Source: Bacteriovoracaceae bacterium
GTDB taxonomy: Bacteria; Bdellovibrionota; Bacteriovoracia; Bacteriovoracales; Bacteriovoracaceae
Reading direction: 5' to 3'
DNA length: 64,000 bases
Assembly (NCBI GenBank): GCA_048270185.1
Contig: JBLWTJ010000001.1
Coordinates: 480,001-544,000 of the forward strand
The notes under the pieces were generated by a model. It worked only from the letters and a program-made list of their open reading frames with translations. It was not told where the DNA came from and did no database searches. The translations under genes and the position numbers were made by a program. Position 1 is the first letter of the stretch, and every line of letters starts with the position of its first letter. This document shows, piece after piece, positions 47,262-58,099 of this stretch.

Positions 47262-48764
47262 ATGTTTAAGTGGTCAATATTATTCACATTCTTAGCTCTT
47301 CTAACCTCTTGTTCTGGCGGTGCAAGTGAAGAGGAAATTGCGGCCATTCCACTAGCTCAATACCCACCAACCTCAATCACAACAGCAAGTGCCATTATCA
47401 CAGGGGCCCTACCTCAAAACGCTCCGGCAATTAATTGGACCAACCCTGCAGTTTTCGATCACATCATGTATGCCCTTGGAACAACCTCTGGTGCTCAAAA
47501 TCACACGGCCTGGAATAATATCGGTACTGTGACAAATTATACTCACTCAGCTCTTACTGGCCTAACAGAGTGTCAGGCTTACTACCCTTCAATCAAAGCA
47601 ATAAGTGCCGAGGCAGACGAATCAACAGTTTTGACTAGTACAAGTTTCTATTGGGACAATACAGCGCCGACAGGACTTGGAGTACCAGATGTATCAGCAG
47701 ATAATGCCACTAACCTTTCTTCAACGACAACCACATGGACTGCGGCCAGTGATAATTGTGTGTTAGATCACTACGAAATTGCTATTGGAACAACGGCCGG
47801 TGCTACAGATATTCAAACTTGGATTGATATTGGAAATGTCACAAGTTACAAAGTACAAAATGGGACAGATGGCGCAAGTTTCACCTTAGCTGAATCAACT
47901 AATTACTATATTACTCTTAAAGCTGTTGATGAAGCAGGATTTGAGATGATTCAAAACTCAGCGGCCTTCACTGTTTTTAATCCGGCCGTCTCACTACCAA
48001 ATATGGTTTTAAGATTAGATGCAAGTGACTTAACCTCCGTTCTCGATAATGGCGGACTCGATGCTAGTAATGGTGCATTTAATGGATCAGTTGAAGATTG
48101 GCTTGATACATCAGGGAGTGCTAATACACACCACTTCTATCGTGATACGGCCGCACCAACTTTTGATGGAGTCGACAATCACCTTGTCTTTAATGGAACA
48201 AATCAAAATCTTTCAGTGGCCAATCATGCTGAGCTAAACACAGCAACGGTTAATCAAAGAAATATCACGGCCTCTTTTCAAACATCGGCCGATACAACGA
48301 CTCTTCAAATTATCTATGAAGAAGGCGGAGCAAGTCGCGGAATGAATATTTATATCAGCGGCGGAAATCTCTACTGTGGCTTTTGGAATGTCGTTGATGA
48401 TGGTGATGGAACTCAACCATTTACTTCAGTGAGTACGGCCATTTCGGCAAATACAATTTATCATGTGACTTGGGTCTTTGATTATACGAATTACACAGGG
48501 GGCGCTGGCCCAGATGGAGACCTTACTTGTTATGTCAACGGAAGCTCAATTGGTTCAACTCCATCAACAAGTCTTCTTTACGCCCACTCAGGGGCCATCT
48601 CAATTGGATCTTACGCCAATGACTCATATGATCACACAGGAAGCCTCAGTGGTGATGGAGGCTATTTTAATGGTGATATTATGGAGGTTATGCTCTTTAA
48701 TGATCCACCAGATGCTACGACGGTGAACACAATTCATACATACCTTGAAGATAAGTGGAACTAA
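47262..48764 (+). CDS. Lipoprotein with FN3-like domains and a C-terminal LamG-like jellyroll
   Basis: Lipobox LTS-C; HYEIAIGTTAG; LRLDASD...YVNG...IG...FNGDIMEV...YLEDKW. Confidence 0.8.
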   Translation: MFKWSILFTFLALLTSCSGGASEEEIAAIPLAQYPPTSITTASAIITGALPQNAPAINWTNPAVFDHIMYALGTTSGAQNHTAWNNIGTVTNYTHSALTGLTECQAYYPSIKAISAEADESTVLTSTSFYWDNTAPTGLGVPDVSADNATNLSSTTTTWTAASDNCVLDHYEIAIGTTAGATDIQTWIDIGNVTSYKVQNGTDGASFTLAESTNYYITLKAVDEAGFEMIQNSAAFTVFNPAVSLPNMVLRLDASDLTSVLDNGGLDASNGAFNGSVEDWLDTSGSANTHHFYRDTAAPTFDGVDNHLVFNGTNQNLSVANHAELNTATVNQRNITASFQTSADTTTLQIIYEEGGASRGMNIYISGGNLYCGFWNVVDDGDGTQPFTSVSTAISANTIYHVTWVFDYTNYTGGAGPDGDLTCYVNGSSIGSTPSTSLLYAHSGAISIGSYANDSYDHTGSLSGDGGYFNGDIMEVMLFNDPPDATTVNTIHTYLEDKWN

Positions 48765-48801
48765 TCTAGCCTAAATCGCAATCAACTGTTATAAAGTCAG
48801 C

Positions 48802-50196
48802 ATGAATTTAAGTGTTTTTGATATTTACTCGATTGGAATTGGGCCGAGTAGCTCACATACAGTGGGACCGATGAGGGCCGCACGTGACTTTTTAGATCGT
48901 CTTGAAAATCAAGACCTCATTACTTCAACAACAAAAATTTCAACTGCACTCTATGGCTCGCTTGCCTTAACAGGAAAAGGCCACGGTACAGATAAGGCCA
49001 TCATCCTAGGCCTAAGTGGACACACACCAGAAGAAATTTGTCCTGATAAGATTGATGCCATTCTTGAGCGTGCCCACAATGACAATAAACTTCATATCTT
49101 TGATCAGACTACAAAAGAAAGAATCATTGAATATTGTCCAAGAGCAGATATCAATTTTCACCGTTCAAAGACTCTCGACTTCCACTCAAATGGAATGTGC
49201 CTACAGGCCATCGACAGCAACGGAAAAGAATTATTTAAAAAGACTTATTTTTCAATCGGCGGAGGCTTCATTGTCGCTGAAGGTGAAAATAACGAAGGCG
49301 ATATTTTTTCTCAACATGAAAGCAAGGTGAAGTATCCATTCACTTGTGGTGATGAGCTTCTTGCTATTGCAAAATTTAATCAATTATCAATTTGTGACCT
49401 CATTCGTGAGAATGAAAAAACTTGGCGTAATGAAGAGCAAATCAGAGAAGGCCTAATGCAAATTTGGCAGGCCATGGATAATTGTATCGATAGGGGCCTT
49501 AAGGCCGAAGGTCAACTTCCAGGTGGACTTAAAGTTACTAAAAGAGCAAAGAAGCTTCATGCTGCACTTTTAAAGAAGGACTGTGAAAAGAACCTCGATC
49601 CATTAACTATAATGGACTGGGTAAATCTCTTTGCAATCTCTGTTAACGAAGAAAATGCTTCAGGTGGAAAAGTAGTAACAGCACCAACAAATGGAGCTGC
49701 TGGAATTATTCCTGCCGTTATCAAATACTATTTAAAATTCGTTTCCAATGCTAGCGAAGAAAAAGTCGTGGACTTCCTTCTGACAGCTGGTTGTATTGGA
49801 ATCCTTTATAAGAAAAATGCTTCAATTTCTGGAGCAGAAGTTGGATGCCAAGGTGAAGTTGGCGTCGCCTGTTCAATGGCCGCGGCAGGACTTGCACAAG
49901 TTCTTGGTGGCACTAATGAGCAAATTGAAAACGCTGCCGAAATTGCGATGGAGCACAACCTAGGTCTTACATGCGATCCAATCGGAGGCCTTGTCCAAAT
50001 TCCATGTATCGAGCGAAATGCCATGGGTGCCGTTAAGGCCATCAACGCTGCCAGAATGGCCATGCGTGGAGATGGAAGCCACTACGTCAGCCTTGATAAG
50101 GTAATCAAAACCATGAAAGATACTGGTGCAGATATGCAAACAAAGTATAAAGAAACCAGCCGTGGAGGCCTTGCGGTAAACGTGACAGAATGTTAA
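48802..50196 (+). CDS. sdaA: L-serine ammonia-lyase (Fe-S dependent)
   Basis: [32 protein letters not shown]. Confidence 0.97.
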   Translation: MNLSVFDIYSIGIGPSSSHTVGPMRAARDFLDRLENQDLITSTTKISTALYGSLALTGKGHGTDKAIILGLSGHTPEEICPDKIDAILERAHNDNKLHIFDQTTKERIIEYCPRADINFHRSKTLDFHSNGMCLQAIDSNGKELFKKTYFSIGGGFIVAEGENNEGDIFSQHESKVKYPFTCGDELLAIAKFNQLSICDLIRENEKTWRNEEQIREGLMQIWQAMDNCIDRGLKAEGQLPGGLKVTKRAKKLHAALLKKDCEKNLDPLTIMDWVNLFAISVNEENASGGKVVTAPTNGAAGIIPAVIKYYLKFVSNASEEKVVDFLLTAGCIGILYKKNASISGAEVGCQGEVGVACSMAAAGLAQVLGGTNEQIENAAEIAMEHNLGLTCDPIGGLVQIPCIERNAMGAVKAINAARMAMRGDGSHYVSLDKVIKTMKDTGADMQTKYKETSRGGLAVNVTEC

Positions 50197-50313
50197 TTCA
50201 GTAACTTAGACACCGTAGATCTTTCATATATCTAAAACTTAACTTTCTTTTTTACCTTCCTCAACGTACAAGAGTTCACTTTTATATTATTTAGGAATAA
50301 TCGAGGGAGACAA

Positions 50314-51363
50314 ATGAAGAACCTTTTACTACCACTTGTAGCAATTCTAATAGCTACATCGATGGCCTCTTGTAACAAACTAGAGCAGGCCATGGATATG
50401 CCACAGAAGATGGATAAGCTAGGAGAGACAACTGATGGGATGAGCGATACAACGACTCAACTCTACTCTCAACTTAGATCAGCACAATCATCAGTTGAAA
50501 GACGTGACACCATGGAACTAATTCTTGATGATAAAATTGAGATTGGGCAAAAACTGACAAATGCAGCAAAGTTCTTTATGGCCTTCGAATTCAACTTATA
50601 TACAAATCTTAAGCCTTACGACGATTTAGCAATTCGCGATATGCTATTCTTTGATGCTGTTGAGGAATTCTATAAAGATATGGCCTCAATCTATGACACA
50701 GATATCAAGGGTGAGTTCAATGTTAAAAAGGCCATCAGTAAAGATAAGATGACTCCAATCCACACTGGAAAATGGTCACTAAAAAAACGTAACTATGAAC
50801 AAGCTTTCTATGCCATAGCAGCAGCAATGCATAAGAAGCACCACCGTCAAGAATATAATGCTCAAAAGAATGGTTTCCTTGCGGTATCGATCTATACACT
50901 AATGAAAGAAGCACTTCTAAAAGATTCACAAGGTGCAACTCTGACTGAATACGAAGAATATATGGTTGCAGGAAAGAATAAAGAGATCTCGATACAACTT
51001 CTAAAGGCACGTGTAGATTTTATTCTTGCTCTTGCTGTTAATGATGCAATGGATGCTGACGAAGCATCATTTTGGCCAGGTCTTTTACATGTAGTTACTG
51101 GTGGTAAACTTGGAAAGCTTGAACTTCCATCGACATTTGAAAATTCTAATGAAGCGACAATGAAAGAAGCTAATAAGAAAATCGAAGAAGCACTAAGCTG
51201 TTACGACTTCCTACTTTCAATTGGTGTAAAACATAAGTTAGATAAGAAAGTAAAAAACATCTACAAAAATGTTGAATTACCTAAGCTTGATGATATTCAA
51301 GCACAAAATGAAAATATTCACGAGTACCGTGAGTATATCGAACAAATTCAAAAACTAGACTAA
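50314..51363 (+). CDS. Helical lipoprotein of unknown function
   Basis: Lipobox MAS-C; GGAG RBS. Confidence 0.75.
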   Translation: MKNLLLPLVAILIATSMASCNKLEQAMDMPQKMDKLGETTDGMSDTTTQLYSQLRSAQSSVERRDTMELILDDKIEIGQKLTNAAKFFMAFEFNLYTNLKPYDDLAIRDMLFFDAVEEFYKDMASIYDTDIKGEFNVKKAISKDKMTPIHTGKWSLKKRNYEQAFYAIAAAMHKKHHRQEYNAQKNGFLAVSIYTLMKEALLKDSQGATLTEYEEYMVAGKNKEISIQLLKARVDFILALAVNDAMDADEASFWPGLLHVVTGGKLGKLELPSTFENSNEATMKEANKKIEEALSCYDFLLSIGVKHKLDKKVKNIYKNVELPKLDDIQAQNENIHEYREYIEQIQKLD

Positions 51364-51364
51364 T

Positions 51365-51390
51365 AAAAAAAGGCCTCAAATGAGGCCTTT
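51365..51390. terminator. Bidirectional terminator
   Basis: AAAGGCCTCA-aa-TGAGGCCTTT between convergent genes. Confidence 0.85.
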
Positions 51391-51391
51391 C

Positions 51392-51814
51392 TTATTTCTT
51401 AAAGTACTTTAAAAATTCTTCTGGTGCCTTTGCAATCTTTCTTTCATGATAATCAAAGAAAACAAGACCATTTTTTGCGTAGGCAATCTCACGCTCTCCA
51501 CAGGAAATCTTATACAAGAGATCATAACCGTAATCATTAATATCTTCCACGTACATTTCAATATTTAAGACATCACCATGAAAGGCCTCGCCGCGATAAG
51601 TATAAGCAGCATCGGCCTGAATAAGAGACTTCCCAAAGCAATCAAGCTCACTGTGCCCAATTGACTTGAGAAAACGCATACGACCTTCGTGACATAGAGT
51701 TGCCACAGCATCATTGCCCATATGGTTACCATAATTAATGAAGTTTACAGTTAACTGAATTTGAGTTGTAAAGTCAGCTTTTCGATCTGGTGTTTTTAAT
51801 TTTATACGTGCCAT
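51392..51814 (-). CDS. Hotdog-fold thioesterase (4HBT-like)
   Basis: INYGNHMGND...HEGR...YRGEAFHGD. Confidence 0.9.
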   Translation of the reverse strand: MARIKLKTPDRKADFTTQIQLTVNFINYGNHMGNDAVATLCHEGRMRFLKSIGHSELDCFGKSLIQADAAYTYRGEAFHGDVLNIEMYVEDINDYGYDLLYKISCGEREIAYAKNGLVFFDYHERKIAKAPEEFLKYFKK

Positions 51815-51856
51815 TTAAAAATCTTAACTAAATCAAATGATGCTGAAAAGTTATTT

Positions 51857-53263
51857 TTAAATACTCTTTAAAAGATCACGCATTGTTAAACGACACCTCT
51901 TATCATTCTTATAAGCTAAGATATCAAAAGCTGTCTTATGGACACGGTGAACCTTAGTGAATTTAGTACTGATCCCGCTTTCAATAAGTACAGATAGAGA
52001 ACGACTATTACAATTAAGTGCTGCTTGATACATAAGGTTCTCGTCACGTTTTTTATCGCGATCATACATTGGATTATCTAATAAATATTGACTAATCTTA
52101 CCGGCATCACTTCTTACAACAGAATTTAAGAAATAACCATCATAGCAGGATTTAACTTTATTAAGTTTACAAAAGTACTCATCATACGAATCGATAGGAA
52201 CAGGTACTAGCTCCTTGAGTAAATCCAGTGAATCATTATCGACAATTGCGGCCATAATAAAGCGATCATCAAACCATTGATAGAGTTTATCTTGAGGCAT
52301 ACCATTGCGGTAATAAGATACGAACTCTTCAGGTTTATCATTAAGAAGTTCAATTCCATATGAAGGTTTAATAAATTTGAACTCACTTAAAACATCATAA
52401 GCACGTAAATTAACATGAATTTGACTATATACAAATATTCCTAAGAGTAGATTAAAACCAAGCAAATAAGAGTAATTAATAGCATGAACTTTTAATTGCT
52501 TACCAAGACTTGGTTGAACAAAACGATATGATGTATGTTCATTCCTTGTTCTTGAGTTTGTCATTATTCTCTTAAGAAGGAGAATATCATATACACATAT
52601 AAAAAAGACGATAAAGTTGAATGCTGAGAAATACTCACTAAAAACAGGTACAAGCGCCTTTAATGCTACAGTATCAAATAGAAAAATAATAATCATACCA
52701 AAGAAAGCAATACCATTTAAGATAATGATTTTTACATTTTCAAGACTACCGGCCTCCATAGTTGTATATCGATCGATAATATTCATCTGATGAACATGAG
52801 TAACAATGATAAACAAATGCAAACAACTTATAGCAGTGAAAACGTATAAATGCCCATAGCCGGAAAAATCGATAAAGGAAGGTGATAAAAAATAAATGTA
52901 ATAAGTTATAGGTATAACGATAAAGAAAGAATTTATCGAAGATGAGAATAGTGAAATCGTAAACTTTTGCAAGTAAGTGAGTGGTAAAGCATTATTATAT
53001 AAGAATGTTGGATTGTCTCTACGACTTAGAAGACCTGTTTTCACAACACTTGAAACTTGTTTATTGAAAAATATTGAAGAGACAAGAAGAAAGATAAAAT
53101 AAACCGGTAATGCTCTAAAGATAAAGATACGATCAAGTACATGTATAAGAAGTCCTAGAACAAGGGCCCAACATAATTGAACAAAGAATAGCTTCTTGTT
53201 TTCTCGCCATTGATTTAAAATTAATAATCTTACAATACTATGCTGCTTCATTTTGCACCTCAA
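51857..53263 (-). CDS. Multi-pass membrane protein (probable ABC permease) with C-terminal ankyrin-like repeats
   Basis: About 7 TM segments; LMYQAALNCN..SLSVLIESG...KTAFD; overlaps the ABC ATPase. Confidence 0.6.
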   Translation of the reverse strand: MRCKMKQHSIVRLLILNQWRENKKLFFVQLCWALVLGLLIHVLDRIFIFRALPVYFIFLLVSSIFFNKQVSSVVKTGLLSRRDNPTFLYNNALPLTYLQKFTISLFSSSINSFFIVIPITYYIYFLSPSFIDFSGYGHLYVFTAISCLHLFIIVTHVHQMNIIDRYTTMEAGSLENVKIIILNGIAFFGMIIIFLFDTVALKALVPVFSEYFSAFNFIVFFICVYDILLLKRIMTNSRTRNEHTSYRFVQPSLGKQLKVHAINYSYLLGFNLLLGIFVYSQIHVNLRAYDVLSEFKFIKPSYGIELLNDKPEEFVSYYRNGMPQDKLYQWFDDRFIMAAIVDNDSLDLLKELVPVPIDSYDEYFCKLNKVKSCYDGYFLNSVVRSDAGKISQYLLDNPMYDRDKKRDENLMYQAALNCNSRSLSVLIESGISTKFTKVHRVHKTAFDILAYKNDKRCRLTMRDLLKSI

Positions 53264-53885
53264 GATTATTAATAGTTATCACATGTACGTCATCAAACTC
53301 AGTATCTTCAGGAATATTTGTTGCCATAAGCACGCTTCGACCTTTAGCACATTCTTCACGTAACACTGAATTGAGCTTAATTCTTGCATCACGGTCAAGT
53401 ACGGCCGTTACTTCGTCCATAAGAAGAAATGGCACTTGAGAACTAATAGCAGCGATAAACTGAATTCTAACCTTCATACCCGTTGATAATTGTGACACAT
53501 ACTTGTTTCGGTCGAGACGAAAAATTTCGAGAAGTTCTTTTTCGCGTTCTTTATCGTAATTAGCATACATTAAAGAATAGTTATCTAAAATAAAGCCAAC
53601 ACGTGAACTTGGGTCAAACATTAAGTCATGTGAATTAAAGAACATCTTTTGTAAAATTTCAGTATTTGCAGATACTGGATTCATACCAAAAATACTAATC
53701 TCTCCTTCTAGAGGATGCCTTAAACCGAGTAATAAATTAATTAAAGTACTCTTACCTGAACCATTCTTACCCAATAAGACATAGAACTTACCTTCAGAGA
53801 TCTCAAGGTTAAGGTTATGAAATATCTCCTCTCCACTTGGATAGGTATAAGATAGATTATTAATCGATAGGATATTATTACTCAT
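53238..53885 (-). CDS. ABC transporter ATP-binding protein
   Basis: GKNGSGKST, LSTG, LLMDE. Confidence 0.92.
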   Translation of the reverse strand: MSNNILSINNLSYTYPSGEEIFHNLNLEISEGKFYVLLGKNGSGKSTLINLLLGLRHPLEGEISIFGMNPVSANTEILQKMFFNSHDLMFDPSSRVGFILDNYSLMYANYDKEREKELLEIFRLDRNKYVSQLSTGMKVRIQFIAAISSQVPFLLMDEVTAVLDRDARIKLNSVLREECAKGRSVLMATNIPEDTEFDDVHVITINNLEVQNEAA

Positions 53886-54034
53886 GACAGGCCTTTATCC
53901 GCAAAGAGTTCATTATAATAGATAATATATCTCAATAAAAAATCGGTACTTTAGAGGCTTTTCTTTAGATGATTTAGGAAAATATAGAGAATAAAAGTGG
54001 TATGTGCCCAAGATAGAACACATACCAAACTAAA

Positions 54035-55597
54035 TTATAAATTGAGAGCTTCTTGAAGCTTCTTACCTATTTCAGGGTGAGTCAGCTGGCCACTAAACTC
54101 ATTGGCCCATTCTCTTTCACCTAGAGTATAGACATGCACAGGGGCGGCCGTGTGACCACCTGTTCCCCAAACGATATTCAATTTATCAGCAATAGCATGA
54201 GTGATAAGTGCGATTCTGATATTTACGATATCGTACCAGTAGTGATCGTGATAATCATGTAATTCAGGCAGTTGTCCTTTTGAAAGGCTTAACCCTTCAC
54301 GACGCTTGTCTTCTGCTGTAGCTTTTGTAAGGATTTCACGACACTTAGACTGTTTAAGTTCGATCGAAGTGATATCCTTAACTAATTCACACAATTTTGC
54401 AGGAGTCTGTGACTTCTTTGGTAACTCAAGAAAATCAACCCATAAGTTCAAAATATTCTTCTTTTGACTGTAAAGAGTATCAAGTGAGTTATAAGCACCA
54501 TAATTGATAAGTGGCTTAAGCTCTTTTCCACCGAAACGCGAACCATTTAAAACAACACCAGGATTTTGAGTTCCAACATTATAACCAAAACCAAAACCAC
54601 CTGTTTCGTGATCGGCCGTGATAACCAAGAGTGTATCAGGATTCTTCTTCACCCAATCAGTTACCCAATTGATTGTTTCATTAAAAGATAACATTTCGTG
54701 AAGCATACTTCCTGCATCATTTTGATGACCGGCCCAATCAATCTGACCACCTTCAATCATCAGAAAAAACCCTTTTTCACTCTTTGAAAGTTTATTGATA
54801 GCAGCTTTTGACATCTCAAGAAGAGTTGGCACTTCACGCTTTGGGTCTTCTTTAATATCACGATACCAAATTGCTTCTGGCATACTTCCGTTTGTAAAGA
54901 GGCCTAAAACTTTTTTAGATGGATCTATTTTTTCTAATTCGCTACGTGAATGAATAACTTGAATTCCTTTTGCTCTTGCTTCATCAAGAAGATTTCTGTC
55001 ATCCTTTCTCTTTGACTTAAGAGTTAAGTGTGGTGCGATTTCCTTATTCATTCCCTTCGGAATAAAACGATAGGCACCACCAGAGAACATAATATCTGGT
55101 GCACTCTCAACCATTCCCGCAGCAATTTGATCTTCTGACCAACGATTAGCAACGTGGGCCGCAAAAGAAGCAGGTGTCGCATGAGTAAGTCTTGTATCAG
55201 AGACCAATCCAGTCATTAAACCTTTGTCTTGTGCTTTTTGAAGAATTGTCTTCTTAACTTCACCATTAATATCAAGTCCAATCATTTCAGACCTAGCAGG
55301 CTCTCCTGTTGCTAGTTGAGTTGCTGAACATGCAGAATCTACAACAATATTGCCATGAGGCTGGGTATTTGAAATACCAATTTGGTTTGAGTTAACTCCA
55401 TCAAAGGCAAACTTCACATTCTTCATTGCCGGGTTAGAATTGTATTTTAAATAATAGTATAAGAGAGAAACCTGCCCAGGTCCCATTCCATCCCCAATCA
55501 TTAAAATTACATTCTTTGGTTTTTTTGGTTTTGTCGACTGACAACTAGTCACTAGCAACAATGAAGTGATTGCTGCCATAAAAAATAATTTATGCAT
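54035..55597 (-). CDS. phoA: Alkaline phosphatase (lipoprotein)
   Basis: IGDGMG, VDSACSAT, HATPA, EGGQIDWAGH, TADHETGG; lipobox VTS-C. Confidence 0.93.
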   Translation of the reverse strand: MHKLFFMAAITSLLLVTSCQSTKPKKPKNVILMIGDGMGPGQVSLLYYYLKYNSNPAMKNVKFAFDGVNSNQIGISNTQPHGNIVVDSACSATQLATGEPARSEMIGLDINGEVKKTILQKAQDKGLMTGLVSDTRLTHATPASFAAHVANRWSEDQIAAGMVESAPDIMFSGGAYRFIPKGMNKEIAPHLTLKSKRKDDRNLLDEARAKGIQVIHSRSELEKIDPSKKVLGLFTNGSMPEAIWYRDIKEDPKREVPTLLEMSKAAINKLSKSEKGFFLMIEGGQIDWAGHQNDAGSMLHEMLSFNETINWVTDWVKKNPDTLLVITADHETGGFGFGYNVGTQNPGVVLNGSRFGGKELKPLINYGAYNSLDTLYSQKKNILNLWVDFLELPKKSQTPAKLCELVKDITSIELKQSKCREILTKATAEDKRREGLSLSKGQLPELHDYHDHYWYDIVNIRIALITHAIADKLNIVWGTGGHTAAPVHVYTLGEREWANEFSGQLTHPEIGKKLQEALNL

Positions 55598-55600
55598 GGA

Positions 55601-56428
55601 TTATCCTTCAATTAATAAATTTAGGTATGATTTTATCTCATCTTTGTTATTTAAGATACCTTTATAGGTCATGGTCTCAGCAGTCATTGACGCTATCGCG
55701 TCCCTGAGTAAAATAAGCTCACCAACAGGAATCTGCGAAACATTTAGAAAGTAAGTTTTTATTGTGAAAAGAAATGAATCAAGCTTAGGCAGTCCTACCA
55801 TATGTTGTTTTTCAATTCTCATATACAACTGATGTTTACCATCGTTAATAAAGTAGCGGCCCTGCCAATTCTTTTCCAGTATATCTTTTGGGGCCTCTGG
55901 GTGGTGATTAAGTCTCGTATCAGTCGCAAGTCCCCAGGCATAGCGTTTAAATGGCCCTCGTTCAATCATGGAGCGGCATAGTCGTTGAGCATTCTTTGCA
56001 ATTGGGCCAAAGTCGGCAACAGGGATATGAATGTCATTAAAGTTTTTAGAAATCTTTTCTCGAGGATCCCAATGATTTGGAAAACACAATGAAATGGCCA
56101 CGGCCTTATCCCCTTTAATAATGGCAAAGTCTTCTTGTGTATTAAGAGTTAGTTCCTCAGTATTTGCATAACTATGATTGGCACAAATATTTAAAAATTG
56201 CATATACTCTGATTCATTTTTTAAATACTCGTTATCAAGACAAAGGTACTTATTCTTATCTTCATTAAAGCAAAGTCTCTTCTGAGCTTGATAATGATCA
56301 TATCGATTGTCTCTTTCAAAAACCTCACCCTTTAAAGGAGAAAGACCCGCAATAACTTCATACTTTCCTTTTCTAAGAGGAAAGAGATTATTTGAAAATG
56401 GAAGACAATCAGCTTGAGAATATTGCAT
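55601..56428 (-). CDS. DUF3445 / heme-dependent oxidative N-demethylase alpha-like protein
   Basis: QEDFAI, CFPNHWDPREKI, IHIPV, RIEKQ, LFTIKTY; likely start ATG 56428. Confidence 0.8.
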   Translation of the reverse strand: MQYSQADCLPFSNNLFPLRKGKYEVIAGLSPLKGEVFERDNRYDHYQAQKRLCFNEDKNKYLCLDNEYLKNESEYMQFLNICANHSYANTEELTLNTQEDFAIIKGDKAVAISLCFPNHWDPREKISKNFNDIHIPVADFGPIAKNAQRLCRSMIERGPFKRYAWGLATDTRLNHHPEAPKDILEKNWQGRYFINDGKHQLYMRIEKQHMVGLPKLDSFLFTIKTYFLNVSQIPVGELILLRDAIASMTAETMTYKGILNNKDEIKSYLNLLIEG

Positions 56429-57314
56429 TAAATATTTTCTCCTTTGCATAAGTAAGTAACTTATTATTTTCAAGTAAGTAGTTAGACCAGGCATGAAAAC
56501 CATCTTTATATTCAATGAAGTGAACGTCCACACCACTACGTATTAGTTTTTCATAAAACATTACACTATCATCATAGAGAACATCTTTCTTAGCAGCATA
56601 AATAAAAGTAGCAGGCAAATGTTCAAGCTCATCACTAAAGAGTGGAAATATCTTAGGATCTTGTAAATGAACATCTCGATCACTGATAGCAAAATCTAAT
56701 AATTTTAAAAGCATTGATTTTGAAAGTCCCGACTCTTCACCACTTTGATAAGTATTGGCCGACTCCGTTTCAAAATCACTTTGAAAATGCCCCGTAATCA
56801 AGTGTAGATCCTTAATCTCAAAGTCCATTGCTTTTAACGCAATAAGAGACGCTAAATTTGCTCCGGCCGAAACACCTGTTAGACTAAAAGACTTAACGCC
56901 GTTTTGTGCAAGTTCACCCAAAAGCTCAACACCCCAATTAGCAATTTCATCAATCGTTGATTCAGGAGAAAGCGGATAACTTGGACATAGAATAGCCTGA
57001 TTTGTTTCTTTAAAGTAAGCTTCACAAAATTGCAAACTTGTCAGTTCACTACCGGTAACATAGCCTCCGGAGTGAAGGTGGATAACCAGATGATCACTAT
57101 AATCTCCCCAGAGAAAAGCTCTTCGCTTTGCCAAGACGATGGGTTCTACACTTAAAAAAGATACATTCTCTTTTTCAATGAGGTCCATCGCTCTTCGCAT
57201 TTCATCCAAAGTTATACGAGAGAATCTCTTAATTCCAACATCAAAGAATGCCTGCATCGAGGCCAGTCTTTTGATTTGAATAAACTCATTAATTTCTACT
57301 TCTGGTAATGACAT
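56409..57314 (-). CDS. Alpha/beta hydrolase, HSL (family IV esterase)-like
   Basis: HSGGY, GVSAG, DVLYDD, GFHAW. Confidence 0.88.
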   Translation of the reverse strand: MSLPEVEINEFIQIKRLASMQAFFDVGIKRFSRITLDEMRRAMDLIEKENVSFLSVEPIVLAKRRAFLWGDYSDHLVIHLHSGGYVTGSELTSLQFCEAYFKETNQAILCPSYPLSPESTIDEIANWGVELLGELAQNGVKSFSLTGVSAGANLASLIALKAMDFEIKDLHLITGHFQSDFETESANTYQSGEESGLSKSMLLKLLDFAISDRDVHLQDPKIFPLFSDELEHLPATFIYAAKKDVLYDDSVMFYEKLIRSGVDVHFIEYKDGFHAWSNYLLENNKLLTYAKEKIFNAIFSS

Positions 57315-57363
57315 AGTAACTACTTATAAACACGCGCTTCCAATGTTTTTAACTTAATATGGT

Positions 57364-57390
57364 TAAAGTATATAAATAAAAAACCGATAA
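57364..57390 (+). promoter_or_regulatory. Sigma-28 (FliA)-type promoter
   Basis: TAAAGTAT-N11-ACCGATAA. Confidence 0.65.
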
Positions 57391-57447
57391 TTAAAGATAG
57401 ATTAAGATTAGATTAAAACAACTATAACTAGATGGAAATGCCTTCCC

Positions 57448-57741
57448 ATGAATATTACAAAATTCATTAAAGCTGTACTAACAACATTACTCGCAATGCC
57501 AGTTATGGCAGCATCTCTAGTCGCAGAGCCAGTACAAGACTACTCAGAGTACGTAGAAAACGAAGAAGAGAAGACAAAACAAACAGATCAATATGACGGA
57601 TACGACCAAAATCCTTTCTTTTCAAAGGGTCCTCGTGCAAAACTTAAGCCTGTTCACAATGTGGAAGTCGTGGACGATGACCAACATGGACCGACAATGC
57701 CAGTCAATGTTCGGGCCCAACGCTACCCGGCCAATGAATAA
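57448..57741 (+). CDS. Small secreted acidic protein
   Basis: Signal peptide VMA-A; C-terminal RYPAN. Confidence 0.7.
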   Translation: MNITKFIKAVLTTLLAMPVMAASLVAEPVQDYSEYVENEEEKTKQTDQYDGYDQNPFFSKGPRAKLKPVHNVEVVDDDQHGPTMPVNVRAQRYPANE

Positions 57742-57858
57742 AGTAGCTGAACAGACTCGTGTGCATTATCAATTTTTTCAAACAATAAATTCATAAAAAT
57801 CACAATTTAGAGATCAATAATAGGTCCAAGTATTTAACTAACAACAAAGGTTGTAAGA

Positions 57859-58098
57859 ATGAAAACACTTGGACTAATGACTCTCTTATTTCTCTATACT
57901 CCTCATGCTTATGGTGCCGATTATGACAATCGCGATAACACGCAAGAAGTTACCTCAGAAAAGGTCAATAAAGAAGTTAACACCAAAGAGGAAGAACTAA
58001 AACAAGCTAAAAATATAGGAATGGAAGATGATAGTCGCGTACCGGCCAGTGTAGAAGATAACAAAATCTTCGAACAGCACTATCTTCACTACTACTAA
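57859..58098 (+). CDS. Small secreted acidic protein
   Basis: Signal peptide AYG-A; RVPAS. Confidence 0.7.
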   Translation: MKTLGLMTLLFLYTPHAYGADYDNRDNTQEVTSEKVNKEVNTKEEELKQAKNIGMEDDSRVPASVEDNKIFEQHYLHYY

Positions 58099-58099
58099 G

